Shown: positions 21,664 to 35,800 of the stretch, one piece after another
How the letters are laid out: the number at the start of each line of letters is the position of its first letter
Position numbering within the stretch: the first letter of the stretch is position 1
Assembly (NCBI GenBank): GCA_000002445.1
Contig: AE017150.2
Coordinates: forward strand, 160,001 to 224,000
DNA: 64,000 bases
Reading direction: 5' to 3'
Source: Trypanosoma brucei
Taxonomy: Eukaryota
The notes under the pieces: model-generated
Told to the model about the DNA's origin: nothing
The model's input: only the letters and a program-made list of their open reading frames with translations
Database searches by the model: none
Made by a program: the position numbers and the translations under genes

Positions 21664-24600
21664 TTCACTCTCCGAATAATAATCTTAACTGAGTGTGTTG
21701 TGTTATTTCCTTTCTTTGTAACATAAATAATAAAAAAAAATTAAGATGAGGGAATTTAAAATGGATACGCTTCTAAACCAAAGCAAATATACAATAAATG
21801 AATATCAGGAATTAATATGGCAGATGGAAACTATTTACTAAAATTGAGATTCAATACAAATCTTATCATGTGTTAAGAACTCACAGCAACTTAAGCACAA
21901 ATGAGGTATGACAGTATGAATAAACATTTCTGTTTGGAGGAAAACTCAAACAACAATTCCCATTCATAAAACACAATCATTTCAGAAAAAATAATATACT
22001 TAGATATATATAAGTATGTATTGAAAAGCAAAAAAAATAAATAAATGTGGCATTGCCATGAAAAACAGGAAATAATAGTTTTAGTGATAAGCTATGCAAA
22101 ACGTATACTCAGTTAAAGGTACTCATGTGCATAATGAAGGCGCTTCACATTAAGAAATAATACAAACAACTATCAGAATTTGCGTATAATCTCACACGAA
22201 CCGTCACTCGGAATGGCATTTTGTCATAACTTCCTAATGTGGAAAAACTACTTCTAATACATACTCTCACACTCCGAATCAGTACACAGTGTGCAAATGA
22301 AAGTACGAGGTATCAAAAAAAAAAAACAATAATAATCGCCGTAAAAAGTAAAACCAATGAAAATAAAATCTTATACATCAAAGAGGAAACTCTCACCTGA
22401 CGAACAAATGCTGCTCACTTTCTTTATTTAAGTGATCCTTTTTTTTTTTGCAGCCATGGAACCATGAATCTAAGAAATATATATGAAGGCACGAATGATA
22501 TTTGTTTTGCTTTGGTATTGGAGCATCTTGCCATGCGTCTGCTTTTGTGCCTTAGTGAACCTCAAAGAAACCAAAGGCTCACGGAAGGGAACAAATATAT
22601 TTGTGGGAATAATAATTCAATATTAGGCTTCTTTTGAGGAGTGTGCTGAGTGGAATAATGGTGAAAAAGAAGTATTGAAAATTTATGCCACATGGGCAAA
22701 TGCTTTACAATATTTTCTCGCTGTCTGAAAATATGAAATATAGGGAATATATAAGGAACCAGAAACATAGGGAATATATGAAGTATAAGGAAATATATCA
22801 AATATAAGAAAATATATGATATATTCTGAAGTGCCGGATGTGTTTGTGCGTGTCTTCGTATGTGTTCTCTGCTTTATATATCACTAAATATTTTACACAA
22901 TTCCTTTTACTTTGCGTATGCTAATCGCTTGTTTCTCCCTATATAAATTAGTGGAAATATCCATTAGAGAAATAATAATTTACTTTTTTTCTTTTCCCTT
23001 CTCTTCCTTTCCCGCTAATGTTTCACCGTCTATTTTCATTCCTTATAAATATTGTAAATTTCATTTTGTTACTGTAACTATTTCCAAAAAAAAGTGTAAG
23101 TAAGAAACTTTAGTATTACATATCATAATATCTCTAAACTCCTCTTTTGTCATGTTAAGCTACTAATATTTTTATTTCCCATTCATTTTATTCAGCAGAA
23201 CATACAAAACCCCTCAAAAGTCCTTCCTTGTTTTTTTTCCTCAACATCATAATATACCTTGTGGAATATACAAATATATAATAACCATAAATGTGTTATA
23301 CATCTTCACAACATCAGAAACTTCACAAAATAATTGTGTTCCTCAATAAGCAGTGGCTGTGTTTCCTTTTACTTTCTATCAGAGTCAAACTAATTAATTA
23401 ATTACTAATAACTTCCTCCAGATATATTGCTTCTATTTTCTTGGATTATTCAGCAGCGTAACACCGGAGTCTTGAAATAAAGAGTCACAGTTCAAAGAAT
23501 ACAAAACAGTAAAAAAAATTAACAGAGACTCGCACCTTCACATTTGGTTGCATTTGGATACATCAAACGCATTTATTCGCCTCCTTGTGTTTTCTTTTTG
23601 GGGTGGGAGGAGTAAATGCAAAATGTATCAAGTTGACGAGTAGCAGAAATACAACACTTGATATAATTTCACTTACATATAAGCTTTCTTTTCCAACTTT
23701 ATTCCAATTCATAATATTTTGATAGCAATGTAATGCAGTATTCAGCCATAAACATTTTAACCATAAATATAGTAACTAATGTGTGAATGGTAACCCATGG
23801 CGATACATTCCATATGGAACAATACCACATTGTTAAATATACGCATGGAATTAAAACTATAGCACTAAATTGAAAATGAAAAAATAAAAGAGAGAAAGAT
23901 ATGAATTATCAAGAAAGGCATATTCTTCACTAACATGCACTTGTTTCAATATAATCATAATTTGAAGTTACGCTAAATGATAAGTGACCCAATATTCTGA
24001 AATGACACAATAACAATGATTCCATTATAGCAACTGTAAAATAATGATATGCAATAAAATAAATGATAAAAATAAATTAAAATACAGCAAGCAGTGCAGA
24101 ATATATTCTATTGCTATATATAAACATTTGCAAACAGATGAATACCTTTACTCATTGGAAGAAAATAATTAAATTCAAACTTCCTATGATTCTGCCAGTG
24201 TTTGTCGGCTACATGTGGGACTCAAAAAAAACAAAAAGTTTATTTTAAATAAACATGAAGAAAAGAAAAACTTCGCATGAAACCATAAGGGTATCCGTGT
24301 GAGTTATTCGCTACTGTCAAACATAGTTAACTTCACAACCCTCAAGAAAGAGAGAAATAATAAAAGTAAAAGTAAAATTTCAAGTAAAAAAATAAAATAA
24401 AAAGTAAGGAAATATAACATAATTATGCTTAACTAACTGTAATGTGAGGAATGTAAAAATAACAAAATGTTACTCACAATTTAATGTTATCAATGTTTTC
24501 CTTCACAAACGAAAACTGTCACATCTCAATGTGTTCTTTCAAATTAATGTAACGGAACCAGATATGTTTGTATAATATTCTACAATGTCATTTGGCATAT

Positions 24601-25096
24601 CCGATGCTCACTCAAAAAAAAACTTATTCGTTTTGTTGCGATGTAGCTGTTGACAGTGTTGTGCTCTTTTTCTTTTATTTTATTTTTTTTTAACATACCG
24701 CTCCGCACTTCCGTAATCCCCTCAATATTCCTGCAGTTCCCATCATAAAAGATACAAAAGAAATCCATCAAAATAAAGTAACTGGAGTCCAAGATGCTGT
24801 AGAGCACAATGTATTTATTTTGAATAATGGAATCCTGTGATATCAAAGACAATCATCTGCAATGAATAAACTGAAACATTCATTGACTCATGCCACTAAA
24901 ATAATAATTAAATTGTTAAACACATGTTCCCATCGTGTGGTAAGTAATTCAAACAATTCTGTGGCCACATGAAATACTCGAAGAAAAAGGAAACGTATAC
25001 AATGCATAAGCCATTAGTAAAGTATAAATACAGTTTTTGGTATCGAATCCATCATATGTTACAAAGCCGCATTTCACTAACACACAAGAGCAAAAT
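21664..25096. repeat. S cassette, copy 1 (about 3.4 kb AT-rich intergenic unit). The RHS 5' flank lies at its low-coordinate end. It sits between an intact or chimeric MNQNGG-type RHS and a truncated RHS.
   Basis: It is nearly identical to 32861-36317 and 47568-50946. It contains an imperfect GGAATATAT-like minisatellite (about 22700-22830) and a conserved spurious ORF (24580-24852). Confidence 0.8.
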
Positions 25097-26844
25097 TTAA
25101 CTCAACATCATATTTCGAATCATCAGTGATAGAGCTTGGCAACTGTACGATTCGATTCCTCCAACATTTGCCTTCACTCTTATAACCTTCACCAACTTGT
25201 CCGTAACTTCATTGTTCTTCCAGGCAGCCGTATGCTCAATAATATCATTATAGGAATATTCACCCGATTTCTTCATAGTTTCCAACGCATCATGAACTCT
25301 TTTCAGACGCCATTCATAACAGCTTAAAACAAATATATAACGAGGCAAAAGCCCAATTGAATTAATACGTCCCTCCACTATTCTTTACACTCATCTTCCA
25401 TTTCCTTCCTCAATTCGTGTCTTCTTCTGTTGGACACCTTTTCCCTTGCATGTATTGACAGTTTTTTCCATGCCACAAATGCCTTCATGTCACGCACATC
25501 ATCACAGTTTATAATAATTTGGCGGCCTCCCCTATTTGTAGTCCAGTTACCAAAACGGACACTATTCGGAGAAGTGAAAATAGTTACACCCCAAACATCA
25601 GAGGGAAGTTGAGTGTAAGGCTGCTGCGTTTCGTACCTTATGTCCATAATGATGTGTCCTCTGTTTTCAAATTTCATTTTATTTATGGCGTTGACCGCAG
25701 CTCTCAAATATTCGTACCGCACAACCCTTCCCTCTTTCATCACCCTTTCTGTTATATATTAAGTAGGCGATCGTGTCTGTGAAATATGCAACAACATCAA
25801 GCATTCCTTCATGGAAGTGAAGCAATGAATGAAGCAAAAATGATCCAAGGCCACATGATTTACCAATTCCAGACGTGCCAATAACAATATGTATCAGTGG
25901 TCTGTGAGCTGTCCTTTCCACCCACCATGTCTGCAGCCCTTTTTCGCCTTTATACCACACGCGCATAATTTCACGACGGATGTATACGTGCTGAAATACT
26001 GCTTTGCGCCCCGTAGTGTAATCCAATGCAAACCTGTTGTATGGCCAACCCTTCTCCGAAGTGAGAACAAAAATTTCCAAACCATCAGGCCTCTCCTCAA
26101 TCTCTGCATCAACATTGGTAGGATCACGAGTTACATCAACCCCCGCTTCGGTCCAAATGCGCTGTGGCCTTCCATCGAACACTTTCATTCCAAGTGGCTC
26201 TTCATTATAACCCGACATCACATAACTCCATTTCGCATTATATATGGATTCATACAATCCTTTCAGTACGACAGCACCACCAGCTGTTTGGGCAGCTCGT
26301 TTCCTTGCAATGCTTCCTTGAGTGCATTATCCAACATGTTAGTGACAATAATCCAAGTCTGCTCTCCATTTCTCAGTCCACGAATATCCGCCTGTAACCT
26401 GGCCTTTACTTCCTCATTTGCTTGTTGCCACTGCTGAAGATTTAATATTCCCTCTCTGAACAACAGGGGGTAAGCAGTAGCAAAAACTTTGTACGTCCAA
26501 AAGACAGGTAGAAAAAATATATCGTCCAGTATATCCTCTCTTTCAATGTATCGCTCCGGCTTTCTGGAAAACACAAACATTGATACATTATTTTCTTCAT
26601 TCACATTATATCTTCTGCCAACATTACGCCTCAAAAAATCATTCAACATCACATTTTCAGGATGTGGCAGACCTTTCAGCAAAACTGCTTCAACGCTGCT
26701 GAAAAGACTCCATTGTGGTTGGTTATTATTCTCCACTCGTTGCTGCACTGCTGGAGGTTCCGCATCGTTACGCGCAGCCTCCTCATGCCCTCGTCTCCTT
26801 CCCTCAATGTCACCCCTTCCTTCAATAGGAACCTGTTGATTCAT
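25097..26844 (-). pseudogene. RHS pseudogene with multiple frameshifts. It is the C-truncated type that ends RNMMLS, with N-terminal type MNQQVPIEG.
   Basis: Four consecutive ORFs in different frames (26263-26844, 25679-26257, 25378-25743 and 25097-25378) together align to the 579-aa ORF at 50947-52686. Confidence 0.8.
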
Positions 26845-27246
26845 TTCACTCTCCTAATAATAATCTTAATTGAGTGTGTTGTGTTATTTCCTTTCTTACT
26901 AACATAAATTTTAAAAAAGGGATAAAAGATGAGAGAATTTAAAATAGATACATTACTAAACCAAAGCAAATATAAAATAAATGAATATTAGGAATTAATA
27001 TGGCAGGTGGAAACTATTTATTGAAATTAAGATTCAATACAAATCTTATCATGTGTTGGGGCGTCACAGCAACTTAAGCACAAATAAGGTATTACAGTAT
27101 GAAAAAAATTTTCTGTTTGGAGGAAAACTCAAACAACAATTCCCAGTTACTTCACACCATCATTTCAGAAAAAACAATATGCTTATATATATGTATGTAT
27201 TGAAAACCAAAAAATAAATAAATGTGGCATTGCCATGAAAAAAAAA
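26845..27246 (-). promoter_or_regulatory. Conserved RHS 5'-flank block (putative 5' UTR, polypyrimidine tract and splice-acceptor region)
   Basis: A block of about 400 bp (tcactctcc.aataataatcttaa.tgagtgtgttgtgttatttcctttct...aaatgtggcattgccatgaaaaa) lies immediately upstream of five RHS start codons (21663, 26844, 32860, 47567 and 52686), regardless of N-terminal type. Confidence 0.5.
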
Positions 27247-30200
27247 GTTTCACACGTGTGGTCCAAAAGCTGCACCAGCCAATACGATATCTTGACAGCT
27301 TGTCATGCAGTCTTGCCTCAAGAAGAAAATAAAACATTCATCACTTGTTTCCTTAATTGATAAATGAGATCCCATGCTGTGTTAACTCACGTCTCCATTC
27401 AAAAAGTTGACTCAACGTTGTGACGAGGCAGTGACCAAAAACAATCCAAATGCAATTCTAAATTTCTTCATATTACGTTTTCAGTTTTCTTACACATTTC
27501 CCCAACCATTCCGAGTACTAACAGGAATAATTTGGTTCTATAATAATGCATGTGTTTTCTACACCTCTTTCATTTTGTTATGATCCGCACAAAAATTATA
27601 TATGTGGTTGTTGATTCGTCCTGTCAATCAAAGTAACAATCATAATAATTAATTTTCCCCTTTTCTTCATTTTTTCTATTAGCACATGTGCACCTTGGTG
27701 AGATCACTTTCACTCATTTGCACTGATTGGTCAACACTATTTAGTTCGTTATTCAACACACTCCCTTACATGTCCTCTTCTCACCATTTATAACCCACAC
27801 GAGCAGCATCAAATATAGATTGTGAAGAGGTATGAGATCACAAGGAGCTCGCTCTCATTGAGAAGGTTGGATGCGTCATATATATATAATCATGTAATCC
27901 CTTTTCATTTCAACAATACGCAAACCTCAACTGCGGAATCGACTTTGAATGTGTTGACCTCGTCAGCATGAAACGGAGTCCGCCCAGTGGCATGAACATT
28001 AATCTTATCAGTAAACATGTGTTTGAGGGTTGGTAATAAATGGGGTCAAATAAAACATAAGTGCGTATCATCTTCCCCGTTATGCCCGAGTGGAAAATAT
28101 ACATCATCTCCTTGAAGATAATTGTATCCATGTTGTATCAATTCCTCATCCAGCTCTTCATCCTTATCGGTACCCAAAGGCATTGCCATCGCCTAACTTT
28201 TCCGTGAATGCACTCACACCTTTGAGCTAACAACTTCCAGCAACTTTCCATCTGTCATACGGATCGGGAATCCATGAGAATTTATGATCATATCTGTGCA
28301 AATGCCTTTACTCATTGAAGGGCATGTTAACACACCATCAGTCATGAGATCCACTACTCCCTCAAGCCAGCGCCGTGAGGAAAACTTATTTCAGACCTCG
28401 GGACCGCGAACTTCTCTCGTAGCAACTTTAACTTTATTGTTCTACATCCATTGATATATCCGAGTCACTGGAAGGTGAGAGATGACTACATTTGGTCCAC
28501 AACAGCAGGCTGAGGGTATTTATATTCAAGAAAATTAGGTCTTGGTTTCATGGACAGCACGGGAGTTCATTTTTTTACCAAAATATCAAACTGACGAATA
28601 ACCGCACCTTTACTACTGGCAATACCATCACTATTAAAAGCATTGCGTCTCGCAACATTTCAATCTGTTGGAAGAATTATATCATACTCACCGTTGGGAA
28701 GTCTTTCCAGTTTCATCTCATGCTTGCAAAAAACAACACAACAACCATAGCCACAATTGAGCGAACTGCGGTTGTGTACACCTTTGAGTCTTCAATATTG
28801 TAACCTCTATAGCTCATAATGCATACCATCGTATTAATTCCTGCACCTAATATTTCGTAGTTGCTTAGGTTCATAGCCTTCGTCCAGCAAAGGGATCGTT
28901 GAGAGTAAGCACTTAACATAAGTACTGTGTCCATTTCTAATGTACTGATTATGCGCAATGGTTCCAACAGCTTTCTTGCTTATGGCTGACTATAATGTGT
29001 TTCGTGCAAATTGATTGTGATGTGTAAAGGAAAATAATGCTAGCGACAACTCCAAGTGAGTCTCGTGTACTACTCAATGTCTCTATGGTGAACTGCTATA
29101 AGATAGTCATTCGCTTCATCATATAAGTCAATGAATTCCACAACAAGCCTTCAGCTAAAATATCGTTAATCGATCACTTGCCTGAACTCAAGTTATCCAG
29201 GTGTTGAGAAATTACGGTGTGTTTCCCATCGCTAACGACAACATACAACCGCACGATCCTTCTGCCAACACAAACAATTTGAACACTCTTCTGACGGTCA
29301 TTTATCGCAATAGAAACGTAAGGATGCAAGCGGCCTGTGTTCCTCAGGGTTCGTAATACATCCCGACACAAACGGCTCATGTATCGATAAACGCACATCA
29401 GCACTTCATTGAGGAAAACTGTGTAGTATTTAAGAAATTCGTTGTGGCTGATATAATCCACTTCCTACACTCCAATATTGTACGCATCCACGTGTAAAAA
29501 AAAACGAATTATCCATGTCGAGTGTTACCTGACTAAGAATAGCAAAATTATTAACCAAACAGCAACAACTTTCACCCTCTGGGGTATCGCAAGGAGGGAC
29601 ATACACCATTCCCCATTGACTTGAATAGAGAAATAAGTTCGCACATGTGGGTCAATACACGAAGTCATGGTCACTCCACTGCTGCCGTTACATATGATCA
29701 CTGCATGGTTTTCGTATCAATGTTGATGATGATGTGGGATTTGCTGCTGGAGGCAACCAGCAACATAAGTTTAAGGTTGCCACGTGTGGAGAGAGGCCCA
29801 ACTGCCAACCCTCAAACAGGATAACAGACGTGATTATAAGTAAAGAGAAGACAACATATCATAGCATGTTTACCCACCGACAAATAATTGAAAAAAGAAA
29901 GAGAGAGAGAGAGGAAAATGGACACAATCAGGTCACCAGCTGCGTGTCTGCGAAGAACACCATCAAGAGCCGCTCCATAACTCTAATCATAACCAACATA
30001 TATAATATAATTATAACAGCTCGTATATGAGACAGCACATCCAGTAACTGCTTCTAATGTTTGCATATTTCACTCCGTCACAATCTCTCTCCCATGACAC
30101 CTACTGGACATACGACTCAGAGGAGTTATAGTTGAGGCATGTTTCCAATACGCCCTCTCCACCAAGGATGGCGAAGAAGCAAAAAGTACTATTACATTTT

Positions 30201-30535
30201 TGTTCCTTTTATCATTGGCCTATAGATTCCTATCTCTACACGGATGTAAAATTTAGATTGTATAAATGAAAAGAAGATGTGAAGAGTTAGCGTAGTATAA
30301 TTCAATCCTTTAGTTGGTAATAGCACAAATGAAAACAAAACGTTATAATGTTTTCTTACGTCCGTCGATAACATTATATCTGTCTTTCTCTGTGCCCCTT
30401 AAGATTACGATGTGGCTTAACTCCAGTTACGCGTTAGCCGATAAAATACTACTTTTACTATTCCTTAGTCGTCTTCATTTCCACTTCCCTTCCCTCACCT
30501 CCGGCACTCAAGTGAATTATCACGTCCCTTTCCTT
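27247..30535. repeat. B cassette, copy 1 (about 3.3 kb), upstream of a B-type RHS
   Basis: It is collinear with 56356-59650. It contains small ORFs conserved between the copies (for example 29174-29461 vs 58213-58587, and 29734-30030 vs 58852-59112), none with a recognisable domain. Confidence 0.75.
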
Positions 30536-30724
30536 GCAGCAGCTGCGGAAGCTCATTACTGGTGGACAAACAATACACTTGGAATGGCGCAACGGGGCAC
30601 TTCAAGTTGTGATCATAAACCAAACCAGGTACAAAAACGAACCCGCTCCCCCTAATGGTTGTTTCCCTCCTCTTTAAGCATTTGTCACTCTTAACAGCAA
30701 TGCCGTGCACTGCTAAAAAAAAAA

Positions 30725-32860
30725 TTACGCGTCTTCACCTCCTTCCACGTCGTCCATTGCTACGTCACCTCGCCCCTCCACAACCTCTTCACGAGCGCGC
30801 CGCCTTCCCGCCAGTCCCATCAATGCTGGTGCATCTCGCATGCCAGATTCTCGGCGATATGCCTGAATTAATTCCGCTTGCATCGTTTCCTTGAGTGTCA
30901 CTTGGAATTGGTCGATGGATTCCCAAAATGTTTGCGGTCCCAGAGGACCTCGGCCCTCACCTTGATCTCTATCGGGAGGTCCTCCGCAAAGTTGCCTGTG
31001 GGTTATCGTGCCACCGTTAACCGAATTAATGTATATCATCTCCCAAACCATGTCGCGGGAAAACGCACCCCAATCAGAAAAATATCTTGCCATGTTTTCT
31101 CGGAGCTTCTGCACCTTATCCGTAGTGGTGGGGTGACTGTCCGACTTGGTTACTTGTAAAAGCACAGCTGTATTTGGCGTGGTTGGTGGCGCTGTTCCGT
31201 CACGGTTTCTCCTGAACCGCCCCTCAACGAAAAAAAAGCCATCCACCACGGGTTCATTGCCTGTGGCAGGGAGGTAGAGAACCATGTGTTTACACTTCTC
31301 AATTGGTTGCTGTCTGGCATCTGGTAAGACTTCCCATCCAGTGAGGCACAACTGCTGAGGAGTCATGTCGTTCAGTATGCTTCGCTTCTCTTCCGGTCCA
31401 CCCGGCCTCTGCAGGTATTTTAAGTTTTCTGCGATAACTTTAAAAACTCGAGGGAAAAGAAGCGAAAGCAACGCAAGCCTTTCAAAAGCGTTGGCCCCGA
31501 GACACTCGTCTGATATTGTAATCTGCTTTGAAGTCATCTCCTCAATAAGAATGCCAAATAATGTGCAAATCAACATATTCCAAATGTTGACAGAAAGTGA
31601 TCTGCAACGATATGAATCGACATTGACAATCCCAGAGCTTACCCGCACTATCTTCACCAATTTGTGCGTTACCATATCATTTTGCCAGTACGAAGATTTA
31701 CTAATAACCTTATCGTATTTCTTTCCGTTTTCGCTATCAAACTTTCTAGCTTCTTTACGCACACATTTCAGTCGTTTGTGATAGACAGGGCCTGATAAAA
31801 CAAAACGAGGCAATGGACCAACCATGTCAATGCGCTCTTCCACAATTTTCCACTCGCTTTCAAGCTCCTCCATTAACTGCTGCCTCGTTTTGTCGCGCGG
31901 CGCCTCCTCCGAAAGCACACACAGCTTTTTCCATGCCACAAATGCCTTGATGTCGCGCACATCATCGCAGTTTATAATAATATGGCGGCTTCCCATGTCC
32001 TTTTCCCAGTGGTGAAAATGGGCCTCATCCGGAGAAGTGAGGACAGTTACACCCCAACCCAAATGGCGCAGCCCATCAGGCGGTATAAGTAAGCCCTTAC
32101 CGATGTCAACAATGATGTGACCTCTTTTTTTTCTTATTGTTTTTATGAAGGTAACGGCGGAATCGGTGCTGCTGTATTCCTCAACCCTCCCCTCTTCTCC
32201 GGGTTTCTTGTTATATATTAAATAGGCGATTTATCCCACGAAATATGCAACAACATCAAACATTCCTTCATTGAAGTGAAGCAGTGAATGAAGCAAAAAT
32301 GATCCAAGGCCACATGATTTACCAATACCAGGTGTACCAATAACAATATGTATCGGTGGTCTCTGTGCTTTTTCCACCCACCTTCCTTGCAGCCCTCGTT
32401 GAATTATATACCACACGCGCATAATTTCACGACGGCTGTATACATGTTTAAATACTGCTTTGCGCCCCGTAGTGTAGTCCAATGCAAACCTGTTGTATGG
32501 CCAACCTTTCTCCGAAGTGAGAACAAAAATCTCCAAACCATCGGGTCTCTCCGGCACTCGTGCATCAACATTCGCAGGTTCAGGAGTTATATCAACCTCC
32601 TCCTCCGTCCATATGCGCTGCGGTTTTCCATTAAACACTTTCATTCCAAGTGGCTCTTCATCATAACCCGACATCACATAGCTCCATTTTGCATTGTATA
32701 TGGAATCGTATAATTTCTCTTCGAGAGACTTGCCCTCTCCGGTTTCTGATGGGTTCTCGTTTTGTCGGCCGGCTTGTCTCTTCATCGGGCGGTACGCACC
32801 ATTCAACCATCCATTTAAAATATTCCGAGTATCTCCCACACAACCACCATTCTGATTCAT
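30725..32860 (-). pseudogene. RHS pseudogene. It is a chimera of the MNQNGG N-terminal 50 codons with a B-type body, with a frameshift or deletion at 32062-32230.
   Basis: The ORF 32231-32860 (209 aa, ends at GIGKSCGLGSFLLHSLLHF..AYFVG) and the ORF 30725-32062 (445 aa, B-type C-terminus) are separated by a frame-disrupting region containing a T9 run. The body is about 85-90% identical to the intact RHS at 59959-62484. Confidence 0.8.
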
Positions 32861-35800
32861 TTCACTGTCCGAATAATAATCTTAATTGAGTGTGTTGTGT
32901 TATTTCCTTTCTTTGTAATATTAATTTTAAAAAAGAATTAAGATGAGAGAATTTAAAATAGATACGCTTCTAAACCAAAGCAAATATACAATCAATGAAT
33001 ATCAGGAATTAATATGGAAGATGAAAACTATTTATTGAAATTAGAATTCAATACAAATCATATCATATGTTTAGAACTCACAGCAACTTAAGCACAAATG
33101 AGGTATGACAGTATGAATAAACATTTCTGTTTGGAGGAAAGCTCAAATAACAATTTCCAGTTACTGCACACAATCATTCCAGAAAAAATACTCACATATA
33201 TACGTATTGAAAACCCAAAAAAAATAAATTACTTCAACATTTCCATGAAAAACAGCATATAATAGTTTTAGCGATAAGCTATGTAAAATGTATAATACTT
33301 GGTTAAAGTTACTCATGTGCATGATGAAGGCGCTTCACATTAAAAAATAATACAAGCAACGATCAGAATTTGCGTATAATCTCACACGAACCGTCACTCG
33401 GAATGGCATTTTGTCATAACTTCCTAATGTGGAAAAACTATTTTAATGCCAACTCTCACACTCCGAATCAGTACACAGTGTGCAAATGAGAGTACGAGAT
33501 ATCAAAACATATACAATAATAGTCGCCGTAAAAAGTAAAACAAATAAAAATAAAATCTTATACATCAAAGAGGAAACTCTCACCTGACGAACAAATGCTG
33601 CTCACTTTCTTTAAGTGATCCTGTTTTTTTTTCTTCTTCTTGCAACCATGGAGCCATGAATCTAAGAAATATATATGAAGGCATGAAAGATATTTGTTTT
33701 TGTTTTTGGTATTGGAGCACCTTGCCATGCGTCTGCTTTTGCACCTTGATGAAACTCAAAAGAAACGAAAGGATTACGGAAGGGAACAAATATATTTGTG
33801 GGAATAATGATCCAATATTAGGCCTCTTTTGAGGAGTGTGCTGAGTGGAATAATGGTGAAAAAGAAGTATTGAAAATGTATGCCACATGGGCAAATGCTT
33901 TACAATGTTTTCTCTCTATCTGAAAAATATGGAATATATGGAATATATAAGGAACCAGAAACATAGGGAATATATGGAATATGTAAGGAAATATATCAAA
34001 TATAAGAAAATATATGATATATTCTGAAGTGCCGGATGTGTTTGTGCGTGTCTTCGTATGTGTTCTCTGCTTTATATATCACTAAATATTTTACACAATT
34101 CCTTTTACTTTGCGTATGCTAATCGCTTGTTTCTCCCTATATAAATTAGTGGAAATATCCATTAGAGAAATAATAATTTACTTTTTTTCTTTTCCCTTCT
34201 CTTCCATTCCAGCTAATGTTTCACCCGCCTATTTTCATTCCTTATAAATATTGTAAATTTCATTTTGTTACTGTAACTATTTCCAAAAAGAAAAGTGTAA
34301 GTAAGACAGTTTAAGCATTACATATCATAATATTTCTAAACTCCTCTTTTGTCATGTTAAGCTACTAATATTTTTTTCCCATTCATTTTATTCAGCAATA
34401 CATACAAAACCCCTTCAAAAGTCCTTCCTTGTTTTTTTCTTCAACATCATAATATATCTTGTGGAATATACAAATATATAATAACCATAAATGTGTTATA
34501 TATCATCACAACATCAGAAGCTATACAACAGAATTATGTTCTTCAAGAAGCGGTGTTTGTGTTTCCTTTTATTTTATCTCAGAGTCAAACTAATTAATTT
34601 AATAATTAATTACTAATAACATCCTCCAAAGATATTGCTTCTATTTTCTTGGATTACTCAGTAGCGTAACACCGGAGTCTTGCAATAAAGAGTCACAGTT
34701 CAAAGAATACAAAACAGTAAAAAAAATAAACAGAGACTCGCACCTTCACATTTGGTTGCATTTGGATACATCAAACATATTTATACACTTGCATTCCTAG
34801 TTTCTTTTTTGGGGGTGGGAGGAGTAAATGCAAAATGTATCAAGTTGACGAGTAGCAGAAATACAACACATGATATAATTTCACTTACATATAAGCTTTC
34901 TTTTCCCACTTTATTTCAATTCATAATATTTTGATAGCAATGTAATGCAGCATTCAGCTATAAACATTTTAACCATAAATATAGTAACTAATTTGTGAAT
35001 GGTAACCCATGGTGATACATTCCATATGGAACAATACCACATTGTTAAATATACGCATGGAATTAAAACTATAGCACTAAATTGAAAATGAAAAATTAGA
35101 AGAGAAAAAGATATGAATTATCAAAAGAAGCATATTCTTCACTAACATGCACTTGTTTCAATACAATCATAATTTGAAATTACTTTAAATGATAAGTGAC
35201 TTAATATCCTGAAATGACACAATAACAATGATTTCATTATAGCATCTGTAAAATAATGATATGCAATAAAATAAATAATAAAAATAAATTAAAATACAGC
35301 AAGCAGTGCAGTATATATTCTACTGCTATATATAAACATTTGCCAACAGATGAATAGCTTTGCTCATTGGAATAAAATAATTAAATTCAAACTTCCTATG
35401 ATTCTGCCAGTGTTAGTCGGCTACATGTGGGACTCAAAAAAAAAAACGAAAGTTTATTTTAAATAAACATGAAGAAAAGAAAAACTTCGCATGAAACCAT
35501 AAGGGTACCCCTGTGAGTTATTCGCTACTGTCAAACATAGTTAACTTCACAACCCTCAAGAAAGAAAGAATTAAATAATAAAAGTAAAAGTAAAATTTCA
35601 AGTTAAAAAAATAAAAATAAAAATTAAGGAAATATAACATAATTATGCTTAACTAACTGTAACGTGAGGAATGTAAAAATAACAAAATGTTACTCACAAT
35701 TTAATGTTATCAATGTTTTCCTTCACAAACGAAAACTGTCACATCTCAATGTGTTCTTTCAAATTAATGTAACGGAACCAGATATGTTTGTATAATATTC

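Larger units (their letters stand above)
17895..27240 (-). repeat. Segmental duplication, copy 1 (about 9.3 kb). It comprises an RHS N-part pseudogene, an intergenic region, an intact RHS, the S1 cassette, a truncated RHS and the RHS 5' flank.
   Basis: It is collinear with 43595-53100 at high identity throughout. Shared spurious ORFs occur at 18595-18990 and 44405-44890. Confidence 0.8.

Noticed and set aside
24580-24852. A small conserved ORF (MSLISQDSIIQNKYIVLYSILD...) present in all three S cassettes
   Set aside because: It is AT-rich, it overlaps the poly-A/T run region, and the copies differ by frameshifting indels (50475-50702 is in a different frame). It is unlikely to be coding.
27910-28470. 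Fragments resembling a degraded gene in the B cassette. The minus-strand translation has short open stretches such as DLMTDGVLTCPSMSKGICTDMIINSHGFPIRMTDGKLLEVV.
   Set aside because: The fragments lie in three different frames, stops interrupt them every 20-70 codons, and no recognisable domain is present.
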